A program made the translations under genes and the position numbers. The notes beneath the pieces are model-generated. The model was not told the origin of the DNA, ran no database searches, and was given only the letters and a program-made list of their open reading frames with translations. Below, piece after piece: positions 9,223 to 17,463 of a stretch of DNA of 28,094 nucleotides (position 1 is its first letter; each line of letters starts with the position of its first letter). The stretch is from Bacteroidota bacterium (GTDB lineage Bacteria; Bacteroidota; Bacteroidia; AKYH767-A; OLB10), in assembly GCA_041159805.1 (NCBI GenBank), contig JBEAXM010000073.1, positions 1 to 28,094 on the forward strand. The letters run 5' to 3'.

Positions 9223-9657
9223 ATGGTTGGACGTGTTTTGGCAATCGACTATGGTCAGAAGCGAACCGGATTGGCGGTTTCAGATCCCGAACGCAAATTT
9301 GCATTTCCATTGGATACGGTTCCCACAGGTAACCTGTATGATTATTTGAAATCGTATGTGGTTTCCAACCAGGTCACTGCTTTTGTAGTGGGTGACCCCA
9401 GGGATTTACGAAACAATCCATCATCCATAGCTCCTAAAGTGGAGTCTTTTATTGTCAAGCTGAAGGCGCTTTTCCCCGGCTTTGAGGTTTTTCGGATCGA
9501 TGAACGGTTTTCCAGTTCGCTTGCCACCAGGGCCATCATTGACAGTGGTGTATCTAAAAAGGAGCGTAGGGAAGATAAAGGCATGGTTGATCGCGTAAGC
9601 GCCACCATATTGCTTCAGTCGTGGATCACTGCTGAGCAGTCGCGCCGCTCCCTGTAG
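9223..9657 (+). CDS. ruvX: YqgF/RuvX family RNase H-fold nuclease (putative pre-16S rRNA nuclease)
   Basis: Motifs RVLAIDYGQKRTGLAVSD, VVGDP, IDERFSS, VDRVSATILLQ. Confidence 0.95.
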   Translation: MVGRVLAIDYGQKRTGLAVSDPERKFAFPLDTVPTGNLYDYLKSYVVSNQVTAFVVGDPRDLRNNPSSIAPKVESFIVKLKALFPGFEVFRIDERFSSSLATRAIIDSGVSKKERREDKGMVDRVSATILLQSWITAEQSRRSL

Positions 9658-9658
9658 C

Positions 9659-10720
9659 CTATTTCACTTCCTTCATCAACACGATGTACACCGGAAGGTG
9701 ATCGGAGTACCCTCGCATGTAGATGTCGAAGTCGTAAGTTCGGAACGGATATCCCTTGTAGCGCCCTGATTTTTGGAAAAGGTAAGGTCGGTTGAAAATG
9801 ACGGCTTTTTTGTAAAAGAACCCGTCCTGTTGTTCCGATAGAAACGGCTGCGAAATGATGATCTGATCGAATAGGTTCCATGCATCATTATAGGCCAAGG
9901 TCCCGATTCCCTGGCTGTAATAATCGTTCCATGGGTTGTATAGCGCGTTTGGAGTGAGTGTCTTTTTATCATATCCTGCATTGAGGACTTCCGTCACACT
10001 CTTGTTGATAGGGTCATCATTCAAGTCGCCCATCACAATCACCTTGGCGTTTGGCATTACCTTGAAAATACTGTCTATTTTATTGCGTGCAACCGACGCG
10101 GCCAATGCCCTGGATGGTGCCGAGGCCTCTTCGCCACCCCTGCGGCTGGGCCAGTGATTCACGAAAATGTGCATGGGTTCGCCGTTGTGTAATCCATAAA
10201 CCCAGAGCACATCACGTGTGGCGTAAGGGGTACCATCTGAGTTCCTCAGTGGTACATTCAGCGGAGCGCTCTCCAGTTCCCTGAAGTATTTAGGATTGTA
10301 GAAAAGTGCAACGTCCACGCCTCGGCGGTCGGGTGAGTCGTAGTGTACGATTTTGTAATTCCTTGATTTCAATTCGGGTTGGGCAGCCAGGTCCTCTAGC
10401 ACTTTCCGGTTTTCAATCTCAGCAACACCTAGGATCGATAAACCATCAGGAGATTCGTCAAGACCAAGTTGGGAAACCACAGTAGATAGGTTGTGCAATT
10501 TGTCTTTGTAAACTTCTTCCGTATAACGTTTGGTGCCATTGGGAAGAAACTCTTCATCGCTTTTTTCGGGATCGTCGGTTGTGTCATACAGGTTCTCCAA
10601 ATTGTAAAAACCAATGCATGAAATCTTGTAGGTGCGTTTGGTTTCTTGCGCGTGTACCTGAAGGGATACAAATAGTAGCAATCCGATAATGTAGGCCTGG
10701 AAGCGGAAAGTCTTGAGCAT
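9659..10720 (-). CDS. Secreted endonuclease/exonuclease/phosphatase (DNase I-fold, EEP) family protein
   Basis: Motifs GFYNLENLYD, GVAEIEN, DSPDRRGVDVAL, NHWPSR, MGDLND, WNLFDQI, GYSDHLPV. Sec signal peptide MLKTFRFQAYIIGLLLFVSLQVHA-Q, with no lipobox or CTD. Start placed at 10720 because a -7 box overlaps the track's 10744 ATG. Confidence 0.9.
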   Translation of the reverse strand: MLKTFRFQAYIIGLLLFVSLQVHAQETKRTYKISCIGFYNLENLYDTTDDPEKSDEEFLPNGTKRYTEEVYKDKLHNLSTVVSQLGLDESPDGLSILGVAEIENRKVLEDLAAQPELKSRNYKIVHYDSPDRRGVDVALFYNPKYFRELESAPLNVPLRNSDGTPYATRDVLWVYGLHNGEPMHIFVNHWPSRRGGEEASAPSRALAASVARNKIDSIFKVMPNAKVIVMGDLNDDPINKSVTEVLNAGYDKKTLTPNALYNPWNDYYSQGIGTLAYNDAWNLFDQIIISQPFLSEQQDGFFYKKAVIFNRPYLFQKSGRYKGYPFRTYDFDIYMRGYSDHLPVYIVLMKEVK

Positions 10721-10741
10721 GTGCTGTTGTAAGTAGGTCCA

Positions 10742-10749
10742 CAAAGGTA
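10742..10749 (-). promoter_or_regulatory. -7 promoter box for the EEP nuclease gene
   Basis: Minus-strand TACCTTTG, a perfect TAnnTTTG match. Confidence 0.6.
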
Positions 10750-10766
10750 GTAATCGGCTTTCGCCT

Positions 10767-10799
10767 TTAGGTCGCCATTAAATCTTTGTTAAGTCGCCA
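10767..10799. promoter_or_regulatory. Direct-repeat candidate operator in the divergent promoter region
   Basis: TTAGGTCGCCA (10767-10777) and TTAAGTCGCCA (10789-10799): 10/11 identical, period 22 bp. An extra TCGCC lies at 10761. Confidence 0.4.
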
Positions 10800-10840
10800 A
10801 CTAATTGGTTTTCAGCTATGCAGCTAATATCTGAATTACC

Positions 10841-10848
10841 TACCTTTG
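10841..10848 (+). promoter_or_regulatory. -7 promoter box for the TonB-dependent transporter operon
   Basis: TACCTTTG, 40 bp upstream of ATG 10889. Confidence 0.6.
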
Positions 10849-10888
10849 AGACCCCATTAATCCAGTAATCATCAACCCCCAATTTCAT

Positions 10889-13675
10889 ATGCTCACAACT
10901 CTTAGGCTTTTGGCCACGGTACTTTGTGTCTTTGTGTTTACGTTTTCGAATGCTCAAAGCACCAACACGATCAAGGGGACAATCACCGACGATTTGAACA
11001 ACTTTGTAGAGAATGCACAGGTTTCTGTGAAGGGAACCGAATTCAAGGCAACCAGCGGGCTCAATGGATCTTTTGAGATCGTTGCCGTACCCAACGGTAC
11101 CTATGAGCTGGAGATTACCGCACCTGATCATTTGCCCTACTCCAAGAGCTTTGTGTTGTCTGGCAATGGCATTGATTTCAGTTTCATTGTAATGGAGACA
11201 TCCTCGGGATTATCGGATGACAACCGCGACAACATACCTGTAGCTTCCATTTCCGACTCTGAAGTCCGTGAATCAAGCACTCAAGCCGTAAGTGGTGTGT
11301 TGAGTGCATCGCGTGATGCATTCGTTTCGGCAACCACCAACACCTTTGGTGCGGCACGTTTTCGCATCCGTGGATATGAGAACGAGAATTTTGTGACGTA
11401 CATGAACGGTGTACCGATGACTGACTTGTTCAATGGAAACTCGATGTTTTATTTGTGGGGCGGGTTGAATGATGTGACTAGAAATCGTGAAACCATCAAC
11501 AACCTGTGGCCATCCACATTTTCATTCGGTGGAGTGGGAGGTAGTAGCCAAATTGACTCCCGTGCCAGCAAACAGCGCAAGCAATTAGCCGTATCGTACG
11601 CGTTATCAAATCGTGCATACGAAAACCGCGTCATGGCCACCTATGGAACCGGTCTTATGAAAGGCGGCTGGGCGTTTGCCGGAAGTCTTTCAAGGAGATG
11701 GTCGGATGAGGGTTATATCGCCGGTACGTACTATGATGGATGGGGTTATTTCTTGGCTGCTGAAAAGCTGATCGGTTTCAACCACTCCATAAGTCTAACC
11801 TCTTTCGGCGCACCTGTTGAGCGTGGTAAAAGCTCCCCTGCCATGAAGGAGCTGTACGAATTGGCGGGGACGAATTATTACAACCCAACCTGGGGATGGC
11901 AGGAGGGCAAGAAGCGGAATGCTTCGGTCAACATCAGTCATCAGCCGGTGATCATCCTGGCGCACGATTGGAAAATCAATAACCAATCCAATCTCCGCAC
12001 CGGTGTCGGCTATACTTTCGGTGAGAATATCAACACGGCATTGGATTGGTATAACGCCCCCGATCCTCGTCCGGATTACTACCGAAACCTGCCAAGCTAT
12101 TACTCCGAATTTCCGGATGTTGCCCAGCAGCTTACCAGTTTGTTCGAAGCCAATGACTCTCTGCTTCAAATCCAATGGGACGAACTTTACAATGCCAACT
12201 TAAACAGTATCGAGACCATCGAGGATGCAGACGGGATTGTAGGGAATAGCGTCACGGGTCGTCGTTCACATTACATCATCGAGGAGCGTGTTGCCGATGG
12301 AAAAAAACTTCATATCAACACCACCTATAACACTTCCTTCAGCGACAACTTTCAGTTCTCTGCGGGAGGAGGTATCATGGACCAACGAACCAACTATTTC
12401 AAGCGTGTGAAGGATCTGCTCGGTGGTGATTTTTATGTGGATATCAACCAGTATGCTGAACAGGATTTCGCTGACAGTTTGAACTTCATTCAGAATGATG
12501 TCAACCGTCCGAACCGTATTTTGCGTGAAGGCGACCGTTTCGGATACGACTATGATGCAAACATTTTCAAAGGGAATTTCTGGTCGCAAGGGCAGTGGAA
12601 ATTCGAGAAGATCGACTTCTTCGCCTCGGTGGAGTTGTCACAGACCTCTTATTACCGCACAGGAAATGTCACCAATGGATTGTTCCAGGATAATTCCTTC
12701 GGCGATTCCGAAAAGCAGCAATTCACCAACTATGCTGCCAAAGGTGGCATGACCTACAAGATTGATGGTAGAAACTATCTGTTTGCAAATGCCGCCAGCA
12801 TGACCCGTGCACCTTACTTCGAAAACGCGTTTGTTTCGGCAAGAACCCGCAATCAAACAGCACCTGGCCTCACCAATGAAAAGGTGATGTCCTTTGAAGG
12901 AGGATACCTTTTGCGTGCACCTCGTACCAAAGGACGTGCTGTGTTCTACTATACGCAGTTCAGCGACCAGACCAATACGGTCAGTTTCTACCACAGCGAT
13001 TACCGAAATTTCGTGAATTACACGCTCACCAATGTCGACAAACGCCACACAGGTGTTGAGTTGGCCATTGATCACAACTTCGGAAGCGGATTTTCCGCCA
13101 ATGCCGTTGCTGCAATCGGTCAATATTATTATACCGACAGACCACTTGCCACCATCACGGTCGACAACACTTCCACTACGCTTGTAGATGGCGAAACCGT
13201 ATATGCCAAGAATTTTTATGTAGGTGGAACCCCTCAAAGCGCTTACACCATTGGGCTCAACTACCGTGCGAAGAAGTTCTGGTTTGTGAACCTCAACTTC
13301 AATTATTTCGACAACACTTATCTGGATTTCAATCCCGCACGCAGAACAGCCGCCGCGATCGACCTGGTGCCTGAAGGTTCCGAGCAATGGAATAGCATTT
13401 TGAATCAGCAGAAAACAGACGGGCAATTCACCGTTGATTTCTTCGGTGGAAAGTCTTGGAAGCTGAACGATAAATTCAAGGCCATCAAAAGAAACACCTT
13501 CTTGGTGTTGAATGCAGGTGTCAGTAACATCACCAACAATACGTCATTGGTCACCGGCGGTTTCGAACAGCTCAGGTTCGATTTCACTGAGAAGAACCCC
13601 GATGCGTTCGCACCAAAGTACTTCTATTCCTTCGGAACCACTTATTTCATCAATCTGATTCTACGCATAAATTAA
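10889..13675 (+). CDS. TonB-dependent outer-membrane transporter (non-SusC type) with N-terminal carboxypeptidase-regulatory-like domain
   Basis: Signal peptide; IKGTITD...ENAQVSVKG...GSFEI N-domain; plug motif FRIRGY...YMNGVPM; long amphipathic beta-strand barrel; ends in an aromatic-rich strand (YSFGTTYFINLILRIN); 928 aa. Confidence 0.88.
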   Translation: MLTTLRLLATVLCVFVFTFSNAQSTNTIKGTITDDLNNFVENAQVSVKGTEFKATSGLNGSFEIVAVPNGTYELEITAPDHLPYSKSFVLSGNGIDFSFIVMETSSGLSDDNRDNIPVASISDSEVRESSTQAVSGVLSASRDAFVSATTNTFGAARFRIRGYENENFVTYMNGVPMTDLFNGNSMFYLWGGLNDVTRNRETINNLWPSTFSFGGVGGSSQIDSRASKQRKQLAVSYALSNRAYENRVMATYGTGLMKGGWAFAGSLSRRWSDEGYIAGTYYDGWGYFLAAEKLIGFNHSISLTSFGAPVERGKSSPAMKELYELAGTNYYNPTWGWQEGKKRNASVNISHQPVIILAHDWKINNQSNLRTGVGYTFGENINTALDWYNAPDPRPDYYRNLPSYYSEFPDVAQQLTSLFEANDSLLQIQWDELYNANLNSIETIEDADGIVGNSVTGRRSHYIIEERVADGKKLHINTTYNTSFSDNFQFSAGGGIMDQRTNYFKRVKDLLGGDFYVDINQYAEQDFADSLNFIQNDVNRPNRILREGDRFGYDYDANIFKGNFWSQGQWKFEKIDFFASVELSQTSYYRTGNVTNGLFQDNSFGDSEKQQFTNYAAKGGMTYKIDGRNYLFANAASMTRAPYFENAFVSARTRNQTAPGLTNEKVMSFEGGYLLRAPRTKGRAVFYYTQFSDQTNTVSFYHSDYRNFVNYTLTNVDKRHTGVELAIDHNFGSGFSANAVAAIGQYYYTDRPLATITVDNTSTTLVDGETVYAKNFYVGGTPQSAYTIGLNYRAKKFWFVNLNFNYFDNTYLDFNPARRTAAAIDLVPEGSEQWNSILNQQKTDGQFTVDFFGGKSWKLNDKFKAIKRNTFLVLNAGVSNITNNTSLVTGGFEQLRFDFTEKNPDAFAPKYFYSFGTTYFINLILRIN

Positions 13676-13687
13676 TCCTACCATATC

Positions 13688-15163
13688 ATGAACTCCATCA
13701 TTAAAAAATCTTTCGGACTGCTCGCACTTGCAGCACTCTTCTTGGTCTCTTCTTGTCGAAAGGATGATTTCGACAATCCTCCTGCTGGCGGTACTGACCC
13801 GAACCTTACGGTGAACAAAACCATTGCGGACCTGAAAACAGGTTATGTGTTCGGTCAATTCAAAACCATCACCGATGATTGGGTGATTGCCGGTGTTGTC
13901 ACCGCTGATGACCGCTCTGGTAATTTCTACAAGACGGTAATCATCCAGGATGCAACCGCAGCCATTGCTGTGCGCATCGATGTCAGTGATTATTACACCA
14001 AGTACCCCATTGGCCGTAGGGTTTATATCAAGCTGAAAGGACTTGTGTTGGGCGATTACAACGATTTGATCCAGCTTGGTGGTTTCATCGATAACTCGAA
14101 TCCCTCATTCCCTTCAGTTGAACCAATTCCTTTCGCATTGGTTGATGACCATTTATTCCCAGGCCAATACAATTTGGTGATGATGCCGGAGGTTGTGACC
14201 ATTACACAAGCAACCAACGATCCATTGTATTACCAAAACCGTTTTGTTCGTTTCGAAGGAGTTGAGTTTGATGCTGCTGATACCTCATTGACTTATGCCG
14301 ACATGGCCAACCAGGCCTCTGCTAACCGTACGTTGAACGATTGTACAGGTGGCACAATAGAGGTTCGTTCCAGTAACTATTCCACCTTTGGTGGCGATAA
14401 CCTGCCAAACGGTAAAGGCAGCTTGACTGGAATTTTCAGTGTTTATGGGAACACTCCGCAGATGTATATCCGCGACACGTACGATGTTGTGATGGACTCG
14501 GTTCGTTGCAACGGTGGTGGTGGAGGCGGCCCTGCCACACCTGCTACCATCTCTTATGTAAGAGGTCTCTATACCGGATCCACAATCAGTTCCCTTCCTG
14601 CTCTTAAAATCAAAGGTGTTGTCATTTCCGACAAGGCCGCAGGCAATTTTGTGACTAAAAACATCACTATTCAGGATTCAACCGGTGGTATTGTTGTTCG
14701 CTACACCGCTGATCATGCTTTCAACCTTGGTGATCAAGTTGAGGTGATTATCTCTGGGACAGAACTCTCCGTATTTCAAGGAGTGCTGCAAGTGAACCTG
14801 GTGCCTTTGTCAAATGCCACGTTGCTTGCAACCGGTGTAACGGTTAATCCCCGTGTTGCAACGGTTGCTGACATCATTGCCAACTTCAACCTTTGGGAGT
14901 CAACATTGGTTAAGGTTTTGAACACGAACGTTACAAGCACCACTGGAACATACGGTGCTTCTGCAGCTCCATATCCAGATGTTGTGGTCAATGACGGAAC
15001 CGGCACCATTAAACTTTATACGAGGGGTAGTGCCACCTTCAGTAGTTCAACTGTGCCATCAGGCGCAGTGAATGTAACGGCCATCGTGGTACCTTATCTT
15101 CAAAATTCAACTGCACCACTTGTCAAAGAACTCATGATTCGTAACTTGACTGACATACAATAA
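13688..15163 (+). CDS. Lipoprotein with two tandem DUF5689-like (OB-fold-type) modules
   Basis: Lipobox LVSS-C23; unit 1 GVVTADDRSGNFYKTVIIQDATAAI; Gly6 linker at aa 276-281; unit 2 GVVISDKAAGNFVTKNITIQDSTGGI. Confidence 0.8.
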   Translation: MNSIIKKSFGLLALAALFLVSSCRKDDFDNPPAGGTDPNLTVNKTIADLKTGYVFGQFKTITDDWVIAGVVTADDRSGNFYKTVIIQDATAAIAVRIDVSDYYTKYPIGRRVYIKLKGLVLGDYNDLIQLGGFIDNSNPSFPSVEPIPFALVDDHLFPGQYNLVMMPEVVTITQATNDPLYYQNRFVRFEGVEFDAADTSLTYADMANQASANRTLNDCTGGTIEVRSSNYSTFGGDNLPNGKGSLTGIFSVYGNTPQMYIRDTYDVVMDSVRCNGGGGGGPATPATISYVRGLYTGSTISSLPALKIKGVVISDKAAGNFVTKNITIQDSTGGIVVRYTADHAFNLGDQVEVIISGTELSVFQGVLQVNLVPLSNATLLATGVTVNPRVATVADIIANFNLWESTLVKVLNTNVTSTTGTYGASAAPYPDVVVNDGTGTIKLYTRGSATFSSSTVPSGAVNVTAIVVPYLQNSTAPLVKELMIRNLTDIQ

Positions 15164-15182
15164 TTCCAATTGATAACTTTAG

Positions 15183-15217
15183 AGGGGTCTGTTCTTACAA
15201 CAGGCCCCTTCTTTGTT
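15183..15217 (+). terminator. Stem-loop (possible intrinsic terminator or mRNA-stabilising hairpin)
   Basis: AGGGGTCTGTT-cttac-AACAGGCCCCT stem (one G-U pair) followed by an interrupted T tract (TCTTTGTT). Confidence 0.55.
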
Positions 15218-15231
15218 AAATCCCAACTGCC

Positions 15232-17463
15232 ATGAACACGCCAAACTTTCGATTGACCTTTCAATTGCTGATCCTATTGTTATTACCAAGCTACGGATAC
15301 ACGCAAACCATCAGCATCAGTGCTGCCCGCGCTTTGCCAGTGGGAAGTATTGTTACAGTGAATGGAACCGTAACCTCAGGATCAGAATTTGGCACCATCC
15401 GCTATATTCAGGATGGTACAGGTGGAATAGGTTTGTTCAGCACGTCCTTGACATCTCTGCAAAGGGGCGATAACGTTACCGTAACAGGAACGACCACACA
15501 GTTTCAGAACCTGTTGGAAATCGTGCAGGTTACCGCTTGGAATGTCAACTCATCGGGAAATCCATTGCCAGCCCCTCTATTGATTACACCTAGCCAGTTA
15601 GGTGAAAACAACGAGTCAATGTTGGTTCGAATCCCTGATGTGAGCTTTCTCACATCAGGCGCGTTTCAAGGCAATACCACATATACATTTAACAGTAACG
15701 GACAAACAGGAGTGGTTTACATCCGTTCCAGTAATCCATTGGTGGGCCGACCGATTCCAACAGGTACCATAGAACTGACAGGTGTCAACTCCCAATATGG
15801 AACGCAGTACCAGGTACTCCCCCGCGACTCCAATGATTTAGTGTCTACAGGAGCATTGTCGATCACCAAACAACCTTATCCACAAAATATAACCACAACT
15901 GGTTTTGATATTTCCTGGGAAACCAATGCTGCTGCGAATCACTTTCTACGTTATGGGCTCAGTACTGCATTGGAGTTGGGAACGTTGGTCGGTCCATCAT
16001 CAACCAACCAACCAACGATCAGCATATCTGGAGGAACGGCATCGCAGCTTTTTTATGTTCAATCGGTATCGGTAAATGGTACGGACTCTTGCTTTTCTCC
16101 AATCCGTCCTTTCATCACACGCTCTTTGTCGTCTGGAAGCATTAAGCCATATTTCACCCGACCTATTGACAATGCCAATGGCGCCATCGGAAACAACTAT
16201 GCTGTTTACCTCAACGACTTGGCTGATGACACCATCAAGGCATACATTGACCGCACTGTGTCAACGCTCGATATTGCCATTTACAGCTTTGATGCGCCTG
16301 GTGGCAGTTTGATCGCCCAAGCCATCAATGATGCTTATACCAGAGGTGTTCAGGTCAGGTTGATTTCCGATGGAGGAAACACCAATAATGCCCTTCAGTT
16401 GTTGAATCCTGCGATACCTGTTTTACAATCACCAACCACGCCTCCGTTCTACTATGGAATCATGCACAACAAATTCGTGGTTATGGATGCAAATCATCCC
16501 AATCCGTTGAAGCCGGTGGTATTGTCGGGCTCCACCAATTGGACATTGGGGCAGTTGGAGGATGACCGCAACAATTTGGTCTTCATCCAGGACCAGTCAC
16601 TTGCCAAGGTATATACCATGGAGTTTGAGGAGATGTGGGGTGGTTCTAGTGCCCAGCCCAATCCTACGCTGAGTAAATTTGGGCCTGATAAATCCGATAA
16701 CACACCGCATGTGTTGAATGTCGGAGGAAAGATTGTTGAAAGCTATTTCAGTCCAAGTGACAATGTGAACGGTCAGATTCTGCGCACGTTGCAATCAGCG
16801 GATCACAATATTTGTTTTGCCACCATGGTATTGACCCGCACCGATCTTGCTTACGCAATTGAAGATCGGGCATTGAACCATGGAGTGGGGGTGTTTGGAA
16901 TCATGAATGATTCCTCAGGAGGCAGTGGCACCGCCTTTCAAATCATCCAAAATGCTATCGGCTCGAACATGCTGTTGTTCGATTTTGCTGCCAATCCAGG
17001 TATCATGCACCACAAATACGCTTTGGTGGACCACACATACCTGAACAGCGACCCCATCGTATTGACGGGCTCCCACAACTGGAGTTCAGCGGCCACTCAG
17101 CGGAATGATGAAAACACCCTTGTCATACACGATCACGACATCGTAAACCAGTATTTTCAGGAGTTCTTACACATGTACAATGGCAATGGTGGATCCTTGG
17201 GAGTAATTGAATCGTCAACCATAAGTGGGTTCAACCTGTTTCCTAATCCAACAAACAACACATTCTCCTTGAGCATTGCGTCAAATGAAGTCATGGCTGT
17301 TCCTGTCGTCATCCGAGACATGACCGGAAAGGTAGTGCACATGCAAACATTACAGCTTCATGTTGGCTTGAATGAATTGGGCTTGGATGTCTCGCTTGTA
17401 AAGGCCGGAATGTATCTCGTTCAAGTTGGTAATGGAAGGGGTCAGCGTTTGGTCGTATACTGA
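15232..17463 (+). CDS. T9SS-secreted phospholipase D superfamily protein (two HKD motifs, Nuc-like) with N-terminal OB-type module and FN3-like domain
   Basis: Signal peptide; HNKFVVMD (aa 412-419) followed by GSTNWT; HHKYALVD (aa 593-600) followed by GSHNWSSAATQRNDEN; CTD FNLFPNPT...IRDMTGKVV...GMYLVQV...QRLVVY. Confidence 0.88.
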   Translation: MNTPNFRLTFQLLILLLLPSYGYTQTISISAARALPVGSIVTVNGTVTSGSEFGTIRYIQDGTGGIGLFSTSLTSLQRGDNVTVTGTTTQFQNLLEIVQVTAWNVNSSGNPLPAPLLITPSQLGENNESMLVRIPDVSFLTSGAFQGNTTYTFNSNGQTGVVYIRSSNPLVGRPIPTGTIELTGVNSQYGTQYQVLPRDSNDLVSTGALSITKQPYPQNITTTGFDISWETNAAANHFLRYGLSTALELGTLVGPSSTNQPTISISGGTASQLFYVQSVSVNGTDSCFSPIRPFITRSLSSGSIKPYFTRPIDNANGAIGNNYAVYLNDLADDTIKAYIDRTVSTLDIAIYSFDAPGGSLIAQAINDAYTRGVQVRLISDGGNTNNALQLLNPAIPVLQSPTTPPFYYGIMHNKFVVMDANHPNPLKPVVLSGSTNWTLGQLEDDRNNLVFIQDQSLAKVYTMEFEEMWGGSSAQPNPTLSKFGPDKSDNTPHVLNVGGKIVESYFSPSDNVNGQILRTLQSADHNICFATMVLTRTDLAYAIEDRALNHGVGVFGIMNDSSGGSGTAFQIIQNAIGSNMLLFDFAANPGIMHHKYALVDHTYLNSDPIVLTGSHNWSSAATQRNDENTLVIHDHDIVNQYFQEFLHMYNGNGGSLGVIESSTISGFNLFPNPTNNTFSLSIASNEVMAVPVVIRDMTGKVVHMQTLQLHVGLNELGLDVSLVKAGMYLVQVGNGRGQRLVVY

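Noticed and set aside
12638-13426. 262-aa antisense ORF inside the TBDT gene, and similar shadow ORFs (5310-5858, 2970-3464, 9223-region antisense 9342-9608, 23018-23386)
   Set aside because: They fully overlap well-supported genes on the other strand or frame and have no recognisable motifs.
10889-15163. Classical SusC/SusD polysaccharide utilisation locus
   Set aside because: No SusD-like protein, no glycoside hydrolase, lyase or sulfatase, and no HTCS or ECF regulator in the window.
15232-17463. Cardiolipin synthase call for the double-HKD protein
   Set aside because: It has a cleavable signal peptide and T9SS CTD, no N-terminal TM helices, and extra OB-type and FN3-like domains.
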